From: an uncultured Desulfospira sp.
GTDB taxonomy: Bacteria; Desulfobacterota; Desulfobacteria; Desulfobacterales; Desulfobacteraceae
Direction of reading: 5' to 3'
Assembly (NCBI GenBank): GCA_963663165.1
Contig: OY760175.1
Location: 3,904,001-3,968,000, forward strand
Length of the DNA: 64,000 nt
The translations under genes and the position numbers were made by a program. Shown here piece after piece: positions 57,496 to 64,000 of this stretch. The notes under the pieces are model-generated. The model was not told the DNA's origin, made no database searches, and was given only the letters and a program-made list of their open reading frames with translations. Positions within the stretch are counted from its first letter, which is position 1, and each line of letters opens with the position of its first letter.

Positions 57496-58755
57496 TCAAC
57501 TGCCAAAAAACACCATGTTCCCGATTGAGGCAAGGCCCCACATGGCAAGGGCATAGTGCCAGTTGCTTTTGAGAATCTGTACGGCCGATGCCTGATACCG
57601 GCTCAGCAGGGCCAGGCCGACGCCGGACAAAGGGCTGGTTCCCGTTGAAATCGCCCATGAACTTAAAAAAAGAAAGCCCAGCTGGGATGGATCCGGATTC
57701 AGGGGCAGCAACAAGGGGCTTAAAACGGAAATGCTGACCACGGGATGGACCCCGAAAAACCCGATGAAAATAACGATCCACAGAATGACGGAAAACAATT
57801 CCGGCGTAAAACCGGCAGAGTGAAGGCTGAGCAGGTCCGGATAAACCCGGATAATGGACTTAATCCCGGTTGAAAAAATCCCGGCTGCCAGAAACAGGGA
57901 GAACTGGCTGCCGGTTGAATTCAGCCGGGTCTCGATAAACCGGTGCAGGGTGGAAAGCCTTGGCCGTTCTTTCATAAAGGCCACCGCGCCCGCCGGCGCC
58001 ACCACACAGATAATGGAAAGCACGTTGATCCGGGGTACCGCAAAGTGGGTCAAAAGGACAAGGCCCGCCAGAAAGAACGGGATCACCAGGCTGTCCGGCC
58101 TGAACGGATATCCTGAAAACTCTTCTTTCCTGAAAAAGCCAACCTCCACAACAGAAAAACAGATACCGATGATGCTCATGGTAATCCCCGGGATAAGGGT
58201 TTGATGCAACGACATGCCCGGGGCATAGGTCAACGCCACACCAGTGGCAATGAAAAACGGAGACCACCATGCCGCAGCACAAAAGGACCGGGCAAGAATA
58301 ATCTGCTGATTGTTGTTTAAACGTCCGTTGACCTGAAGCCGGTCTCCAAAGACAAAAAGAACCGAAATGTTAATGACCGAAGCCAGAAGGTGGGTACCGA
58401 CCGCCGTTTGAACCACAGCGCCCCTGCCTTTGGGCAAAGATTCCATGGCCGGCCGGGTATTGGCCAGGGCAAGAAAGGACACGGCCACGAACATGGCCAG
58501 CATGGGCAGGTTAAGGGTGAGAATCTCCCGCCAGGGAAAAACAGCGCCCCGGCTGACCGCCAGAAGGTGAATTCCAATTCCGCTGGCTGCCAGAATCAGG
58601 CTTTGGCGCTGGATGCCCCTGGCAAAGGAAGACCACATGACCAGCGGCACCAGCCAGGCGCAGACCGCCTGGGGTACAACGGCAAAGGGAATTGCAAAAG
58701 ATAAAAGGTACATGGCCAATGTACCGGCAAACATCCATCCAATATAGGGTTTCAT
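57496..58755 (-). CDS. Multi-pass membrane protein (putative secondary transporter)
   Basis: About 12 hydrophobic segments, AAWWSPFF, GVHPVVSI. Confidence 0.7.
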   Translation of the reverse strand: MKPYIGWMFAGTLAMYLLSFAIPFAVVPQAVCAWLVPLVMWSSFARGIQRQSLILAASGIGIHLLAVSRGAVFPWREILTLNLPMLAMFVAVSFLALANTRPAMESLPKGRGAVVQTAVGTHLLASVINISVLFVFGDRLQVNGRLNNNQQIILARSFCAAAWWSPFFIATGVALTYAPGMSLHQTLIPGITMSIIGICFSVVEVGFFRKEEFSGYPFRPDSLVIPFFLAGLVLLTHFAVPRINVLSIICVVAPAGAVAFMKERPRLSTLHRFIETRLNSTGSQFSLFLAAGIFSTGIKSIIRVYPDLLSLHSAGFTPELFSVILWIVIFIGFFGVHPVVSISVLSPLLLPLNPDPSQLGFLFLSSWAISTGTSPLSGVGLALLSRYQASAVQILKSNWHYALAMWGLASIGNMVFFGS

Positions 58756-58955
58756 TTTTCTTACTTCATATCCTTTGTATGAAAAAACCAAATATATTAA
58801 TAGACAAGCCCATGAAGTTCAATGAAATTTTGAATTATTGGCACAGGATCAGATAAAGGCCAAGGTGAATTTGGCCCCTTTTGCCATTCGCACAGATGCC
58901 GGACCTGTGATATATTGGGGTTCAATATATATAAGGCCTGAAAAAAGCTTAACAT

Positions 58956-59696
58956 ATGAAGACAGAACTGATTCCGCCTGAAAAAGACCCTTTGGGACAG
59001 ATGTTGTCCGAATACCTGGCAGGGGATAAAGAAGCTTATGTCCAGGTGGCGTCTCCGGATTTTGAGATGTCGAAAATGGCCGGGGAGCTGATGTTCCGGT
59101 CCTGGTATCGTATGGAGCCTATAGAGCAAAAAGCCCTGGACCTGTGCCGGGGAAAGGTGCTGGATATCGGGGCCGGCAGCGGCTGTCACAGCCTGGTACT
59201 CCAGGCCGTGGAAACCCTGAATGTGACGGCCATGGACATCTCGCCGGGATGCGTTGGGGTCATGGAGCAGCAGGGCATCAACCAGGTCTGTCAGGACAGT
59301 CTTTTCACCCATGACGGAGGCCCCTATGATACCCTGCTCATGCTCATGAACGGCATAGGCCTTTGCGGCAGCATTGAAGGGCTTAACATTTTTCTGCAGC
59401 GGGCGGCATCGCTTTTAAACCCGGGCGGACAGATCCTGGCCGACTCCACAGACCTTGCCGTTCCCTATACCGGGGCCATGGCATCACGCCCTGACCAGCC
59501 TTACTTCGGGGAAACCCGGTTTGCCATATCTTATAAACAGATGACCGGTGATCCCTTTGACTGGCTGTATATTGACTTTTCCACCCTGGCGTTCTACGCC
59601 GATTTTCACGGCTGGCGATGCACCAAGGTGGTGCAAAACAAAGAAGGCAAATACCTGGCAAAGCTCACTAAATTTAAGGATATACCTCGGGAATAA
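58956..59696 (+). CDS. Class I SAM-dependent methyltransferase
   Basis: VLDIGAGSGCHSL, YDTLLMLMNGIG, PGGQILADS. Confidence 0.88.
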   Translation: MKTELIPPEKDPLGQMLSEYLAGDKEAYVQVASPDFEMSKMAGELMFRSWYRMEPIEQKALDLCRGKVLDIGAGSGCHSLVLQAVETLNVTAMDISPGCVGVMEQQGINQVCQDSLFTHDGGPYDTLLMLMNGIGLCGSIEGLNIFLQRAASLLNPGGQILADSTDLAVPYTGAMASRPDQPYFGETRFAISYKQMTGDPFDWLYIDFSTLAFYADFHGWRCTKVVQNKEGKYLAKLTKFKDIPRE

Positions 59697-60576
59697 ACGT
59701 CTGGTCCGTCAGGGGTGGACGAATGTACCCCTGGTTCTTCTGCCGGGGCGGCAGCTTGATCGTTTTGGGCGTTAAATCCTCATAGGGAATCATGCTTAAC
59801 AGGTGGCTGATCACATTGAGCCTGGCGTGCCGTTTAACGTCAGCATTGACCACGTACCAGGGGGCCTGTTTGATATCCGTGTATTTAAACAGCTCATCCT
59901 TGGCCTTGGAATACTCCACCCACCTTTTACGGGACTCCAAATCCATGGGACTGAGTTTCCACTGCTTGAGGGGATCATGGATGCGGGCCTGGAACCGTCT
60001 CTCCTGTTCCTCGTCACTCACGGACAGGTAATACTTGATCAAGATAATTCCCGAGCGGACCAGCATTCTTTCAAATTCCGGGCAGGAGCGCATGAATTCC
60101 CGGTATTCTTCTTCCGTGCAGAACCCCATCACCCGCTCAACAAGGGCCCGGTTGTACCAGCTTCGGTCAAACAGCATCATTTCTCCGGCGGCCGGCAAAT
60201 GGGCGGTATACCGCTGAAAATACCACTGGGTCTTTTCCTTTTCCATGGGGGTGCCAAGGGCCACCACCTTGACGACTCGGGGATTGAGCCGATCCATGAT
60301 CCGTTTGATGGTGCCGCCCTTTCCGGCCGTATCCCGTCCTTCAAAGATCACCACCACCTTCAGGCCTTTATGCTTGATCCATTCCTGAAGTTTAACCAGT
60401 TCCACCTGAAGCTTGGCCAGTTCATCTTCATATCGGTCCCGCTTCATTTTTTCGGGCGGTTTTCCGGGCGTCTCGTTTAAGGTTGCCTCTCCGTTAAGCC
60501 CGTTTAACGGCTGGCCGGCTGTCTCCGGCTCATGCTTTTTCCCATTATCGGCTGCGCCTTTTTTCTTTTTAGACAT
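59674..60576 (-). CDS. ppk2: Polyphosphate kinase 2
   Basis: FEGRDTAGKGGTIK, QWYFQRY, FDRSWYNR, WKLSPMD. Confidence 0.95.
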   Translation of the reverse strand: MSKKKKGAADNGKKHEPETAGQPLNGLNGEATLNETPGKPPEKMKRDRYEDELAKLQVELVKLQEWIKHKGLKVVVIFEGRDTAGKGGTIKRIMDRLNPRVVKVVALGTPMEKEKTQWYFQRYTAHLPAAGEMMLFDRSWYNRALVERVMGFCTEEEYREFMRSCPEFERMLVRSGIILIKYYLSVSDEEQERRFQARIHDPLKQWKLSPMDLESRKRWVEYSKAKDELFKYTDIKQAPWYVVNADVKRHARLNVISHLLSMIPYEDLTPKTIKLPPRQKNQGYIRPPLTDQTFIPEVYP

Positions 60577-60609
60577 GGTTCCCTCCCCACGCGAAAACAA
60601 AAAACAATT

Positions 60610-61026
60610 CTATTCTCCGATAATCTTCACCAGAACCCGTTTTCTGCGCCGGCCGTCAAACTCCCCGTAGAAGATCTGTTCCCAGGTCCCAAAATCCAGT
60701 TTCCCGTCGGTGACGGCCACCACCACCTCCCGGCCCATGATCTGCCGCTTCATATGGGCATCGGCATTGTCCTCGCCCACATTGTGCCTGTACTGGCTGA
60801 CCGGGGCATGGGGGGCCAGTTTCTCCAGCCAGACATCATAATCATGATGAAGCCCTGATTCGTCATCATTAATAAACACGGACGCCGTGATGTGCATGGC
60901 GTTGCACAGCAGCAGCCCGTTTTGAATCCCGCTTTGGGCCAGGCATTCCTCAATATCAGGGGTGATATTAATAAACGCCCTGCGGCCGGGCACCTCAAAC
61001 CAGAGTTCTTTTCTAAAATGTTTCAT
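60610..61026 (-). CDS. yjbQ: YjbQ family protein (secondary thiamine-phosphate synthase)
   Basis: [34 protein letters not shown]. Confidence 0.9.
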   Translation of the reverse strand: MKHFRKELWFEVPGRRAFINITPDIEECLAQSGIQNGLLLCNAMHITASVFINDDESGLHHDYDVWLEKLAPHAPVSQYRHNVGEDNADAHMKRQIMGREVVVAVTDGKLDFGTWEQIFYGEFDGRRRKRVLVKIIGE

Positions 61027-61038
61027 ATTCTGATGCCT

Positions 61039-61069
61039 GCTTATGTTTCAGCGATAGCTGAATAGTTAC
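61039..61069. mobile_element. Degenerate solo end of family-A MITE
   Basis: GCTTATGTTTCAGCGATAGCTGAATAGTTAC versus GCTTAGTTTTCAGCATTAGCTGAATAGTTAC. Confidence 0.7.
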
Positions 61070-61071
61070 CG

Positions 61072-61335
61072 TTATTTGAGCTTTTTGTTTCCCCATCGAA
61101 ATTCGGGTTTCTCCCCCTTTTTCCAGCAAATGAAAATCAACAGGGCAGACAATATCATCACATATATGACATAGAGCCCGGCGCCAATGGGAGAGGTTGC
61201 CATTAAAAGACCGCCCGCTAACAGCAGAACAAAGTACAATAAGTATACCAGCCACCCCTGCCATGTTATGGGCAGTCCCCAGCCAATGCCGTAGCTCATT
61301 GCGGGAAACCATATGGTCTGTTTCTTTTTATCCAT
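61072..61335 (-). CDS. Small two-helix membrane protein
   Basis: WFPA..YGIGWGLPITWQGW and KGEKP..RWG motifs. Confidence 0.7.
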   Translation of the reverse strand: MDKKKQTIWFPAMSYGIGWGLPITWQGWLVYLLYFVLLLAGGLLMATSPIGAGLYVIYVMILSALLIFICWKKGEKPEFRWGNKKLK

Positions 61336-61823
61336 AGGCCTTTGGGGAAGTTAATTTGAATCTTTCATGGTCTGTTTAATCATCATACCCTTTGCCGGTA
61401 TATTTCTTTAAAAAAAACGCTCAAAATGATGATAAAAAAAATCCCGCCTCATAGGGCCGGCCAGACAACAGGAGACTGAGAAAATATTTTTAAGCCATGG
61501 CCTACTGGATACCATACCATGGCCAATGAAAAAATATCAATTTGAAATAAAAAAAGGCAACGGCCTTGTCAGAAACGCTGTCCTTTATGGCGTAAGCATT
61601 TATAATCTGTTCTATTTTATTCTTTTTTTTAGTATAAGACCCATTAGACCAAAACCCCATAGGATCAATTGTTCCTTGATCTTGCGAAACAGAATACAGA
61701 CTGATTTCAAGGTGAACAACAGATTCTTGAACTTATGGCTTACCCCCTCAGGTACAACCAATCGATTAAAATGGGACTTAGCTTGTATCCTATCAACCGA
61801 ATAACGAATGAACCGCAACCATT

Positions 61824-62336
61824 ATGAAAACAGGTAATATACAAAAAAAACTAGCCGGGCTAAAGGACAGTAAATTTTCAGGAAACCCTTTGTATTTCTT
61901 ATTGATTATTTCAGGAGCAATTTTCTCTTCAGAATTCATAATCATGATGTTTTTTCACTATCTACCACATCTACCGGCTTATCAGGAAGCTTTTTTGGAT
62001 GCCTTCATATTGACAGCTATTGTGTTCCCCGTACTGTATTTATTGGTTTTTCGACCCTTAACAATCTATATCAGGATTGGCAAAGAGACAGAAAAGGAAA
62101 AAAACAGCCTCATTGATAAACTTCAAAAGGCTCTGGATGAGGTGAAAACCCTCCAGGGAATAATCCCGATTTGCAGTTCATGTAAAAAAATCAGAGACGA
62201 TGAAGGATATTGGAACCGGATTGAGTCGTATATGGAAAAAAGAACTGATGCCCACTTCAGCCACAGCATCTGCCCGGAATGTGAAAAAAAACTTTATAGC
62301 GATGAGGACTGGTTCAGAAAAAAAGATTTTAAATAA
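61824..62336 (+). CDS. Membrane protein with C-terminal IPICSSCKKIRD...SHSICPEC zinc-ribbon-like domain
   Basis: Two TM helices, coiled coil, then the Cys motif typical of deltaproteobacterial signalling proteins. Confidence 0.78.
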   Translation: MKTGNIQKKLAGLKDSKFSGNPLYFLLIISGAIFSSEFIIMMFFHYLPHLPAYQEAFLDAFILTAIVFPVLYLLVFRPLTIYIRIGKETEKEKNSLIDKLQKALDEVKTLQGIIPICSSCKKIRDDEGYWNRIESYMEKRTDAHFSHSICPECEKKLYSDEDWFRKKDFK

Positions 62337-62433
62337 CGGCTCTACAAAGACATTTATAGCCAAGAGATACGGTTGTTCTCTCCCAAACTTGCATAATTGG
62401 ACACGGAAAAATGGAATCCAAATTAACAAATAG
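62337..62433 (+). pseudogene. 3' remnant of a serine resolvase (C-terminal HTH)
   Basis: NGSTKTFIAKRYGCSLPNLHNWTRKNGI* resembles resolvase C-terminal HTHs; no catalytic domain upstream. Confidence 0.45.
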
Positions 62434-62480
62434 GCATCGAACAACTCAAACTCTGCTTCTTCAAGAAATTCAAGAATCAT
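62433..62480 (-). pseudogene. 16-codon 5' remnant of a RelE/ParE toxin
   Basis: MILEFLEEAEFELFDA with ATGA coupling to the upstream addiction-module gene. Confidence 0.55.
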
Positions 62481-62707
62481 TGATTAAGTCTACGGTCTAA
62501 ATCAGAAAAAACTTCACTGGCTGGTCGCGAACCAGCTTCCCCCCGGTCATAACGGGCAATACGATTCCTGATTTCCGTATCCCAGGCACGCCTTACATCT
62601 TCTGAGGAATAGGGCTCGTTTAACTTCAATAACCGATTTACAAGTGTAAATCTCTGATCTTCCGGAAGCTGACGGGCTTCTTCCAATATTTGATTTATTG
62701 AGTTCAT
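62477..62707 (-). CDS. Addiction-module antitoxin component (TIGR02574-like)
   Basis: EARQLPEDQRFTLVNRLL...AWDTEIRNRI..YDRGE...EVF. Confidence 0.82.
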   Translation of the reverse strand: MNSINQILEEARQLPEDQRFTLVNRLLKLNEPYSSEDVRRAWDTEIRNRIARYDRGEAGSRPASEVFSDLDRRLNQ

Positions 62708-62916
62708 AATTTACAATATACCAATCCCCTTTTCATTTGTCATAATATATTAGCTGTTTTAGATACCATGACTTACGGGCCATCTCTTAACAGCAGAAAT
62801 GCCACGTTGTGCCGGTTTGCAAAAAATCGGATGGTTGCCGCGTCCGATTCTACGCATATAAAAAACCCCTGATCTAAACTTTGTACAAAAGTTTAAATCA
62901 AGGGCTTTCGCTATCT

Positions 62917-62949
62917 AAAAAGGGGTTAACCGAAATCGGCTAACCCCTT
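62917..62949 (-). terminator. Intrinsic terminator-like hairpin downstream of the tRNA fragment
   Basis: Minus strand AAGGGGTTAGCCGATTTCGGTTAACCCCTTTTT. Confidence 0.65.
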
Positions 62950-62957
62950 GAATTATC

Positions 62958-62981
62958 TGGTAGCGACGCAGGGATTTGAAC
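62958..62981 (-). other. tRNA 3'-end fragment (att-site remnant)
   Basis: GTTCAAATCCCTGCGTCGCTACCA = T-loop, 3' T-stem, 3' acceptor strand and CCA; no D or anticodon arm upstream. Confidence 0.78.
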
Positions 62982-62988
62982 TTTTTTA

Positions 62989-63140
62989 GTAACTATTCAG
63001 CAGTGCCTCATCTTCGCTCATTCAGGCCTTCTCACATAGCAAAAGTATGCTACGAAGTCCTGACTAAACAAATATGAAGCACTGATGAACAGTTACGGAC
63101 CCTGTTGTTGCTTAGTTTTCAGCATTAGCTGAATAGTTAC
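62989..63140. mobile_element. 152-bp MITE-like element, family A, copy 2
   Basis: Perfect 13-bp TIR GTAACTATTCAGC/GCTGAATAGTTAC; exact 8-bp target duplication CTTTTTTA at 62981-62988 and 63141-63148. Confidence 0.92.
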
Positions 63141-63318
63141 CTTTTTTATTTATACATATCTAATCAAATGGTTACAGATTTTGATTTTAAAAAATACCGT
63201 CATAATACCGTCGTTGCGTAGCTGGTTACAGGGTTAATATTTTATAAAGTTGAATTCTGACTTTTCAAACCCGGACACATCATATAGCGGTTGGTGGTTT
63301 TAGAAAATTGTCATATCA

Positions 63319-64000
63319 CTACAGTTCATCAGAAGGGATATCCAGGTAAAGAATATTTTTATTGGAATTATCACATTCCATGTTCCAGTGGTATTGAAAT
63401 CCATCCTCTGTGGTGATCCGGTCACTATCAATGTTAACGGAGTTTAAATGATCATCGCTCATAATGATTTTATCCGGCCACAGCCAGATAGTTATAGCTG
63501 CCGCCGTCATCGGTGTGTTCTCAGAATCCGTCTCATCAAAATTAAATTCGTAAGTTAGACTGCGGGTCCATTGTTCCTGTAGCCGTGTTTCATCTTCCGT
63601 CAAGATTTCATTGTAAAAAACCTTTATTTCTTTTTTAGCGATGTTGCCGAGGGCATCTTTGACGACCAGCTTAACAATATTCACACCGGCATCAATGCTG
63701 ATTTCATCAATCTGCCATTCCCAATCCCCTGTGGCAAATCCGCTTTCGCCATTGGAAGACGACCAGCTTATTTCATTAATTCTCAAGCTTTCAAGCCAGG
63801 TTTCCTTTTCATTATTTGTTTGATCGGGCGAATTATCCTCATTAGTTTCCCCGCTTAAAGAAGATGTGGCTGAAGTTTCATTTATACTGGATGAAACTAC
63901 AGTTCCGGACAATGAGGCTATCGATGTGGAATTCGAAAAAAAAGAATTTTGCAGAGACGTACTCTCAACGGCTACATAGGAAGTACAATCGGTCAAGCCA
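63319..64000 (-). CDS. C-terminal part of an acidic, Ser/Thr-rich, Ig-like-domain protein (5' end outside the window)
   Basis: Open frame to the window edge; WQIDEISIDAGVNIVKLVVKDALGN Ig-like strand pattern; AT-rich. Confidence 0.6.
   Translation of the reverse strand, partial: GLTDCTSYVAVESTSLQNSFFSNSTSIASLSGTVVSSSINETSATSSLSGETNEDNSPDQTNNEKETWLESLRINEISWSSSNGESGFATGDWEWQIDEISIDAGVNIVKLVVKDALGNIAKKEIKVFYNEILTEDETRLQEQWTRSLTYEFNFDETDSENTPMTAAAITIWLWPDKIIMSDDHLNSVNIDSDRITTEDGFQYHWNMECDNSNKNILYLDIPSDEL

Noticed and set aside
61526..61818. Small ORFs 61526-61804 (+) and 61612-61818 (-)
   Set aside because: Mutually overlapping, AT-rich, with no motifs or clear RBS; more likely the promoter region of the 61824 gene
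62958..62981. Complete tRNA gene
   Set aside because: Only the 3' 24 nt are present; the adjacent sequence (MITE, then AT-rich DNA) forms no D or anticodon arm

Overview
Bacterial chromosomal DNA, most consistent with a sulfate-reducing Desulfobacteraceae-type deltaproteobacterium. This is inferred from gene content (CooS-CooF, DUF3786, DUF169, sigma-54 enhancer-binding protein) and from the style of the intergenic repeats; it was not confirmed by any search. Core-like blocks: CHASE2/HD-GYP phosphodiesterase, polar amino-acid ABC operon with an MBL hydrolase, a divergent Pst-like ABC operon with a GT4 glycosyltransferase, a glucosylglycerate synthesis/recycling operon, sigma-54-driven hbd-acd-thl, metY-metX-metW, crotonase, a CoA transferase, cooS-cooF-FNOR and ppk2. 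Accessory DNA is interleaved: two sigma-54 TRAP operons, a yjjJ/mazEF/fic toxin islet, a vapBC module bracketed by a ~442-bp direct repeat, an AAA-DUF4143 ATPase followed by a ~1,770-aa exonuclease-RecQ-UvrD dual-helicase fusion, several gene scars (IS1380, ccdB, parE, resolvase) and a tRNA 3'-end att remnant at the right edge. Non-coding DNA is rich: a 152-bp MITE family with 8-bp target duplications, a second ERIC-like family, a perfect 62-bp palindrome inserted in frame in a regulator gene, heptamer hairpin arrays, and structured leaders in front of cooS and metY. The best candidates for something undescribed are the dual-motor helicase locus, the direct-repeat-flanked TA cassette and the cooS leader RNA. 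No CRISPR array, rRNA or complete tRNA was seen. All family assignments come from motif recognition by eye.
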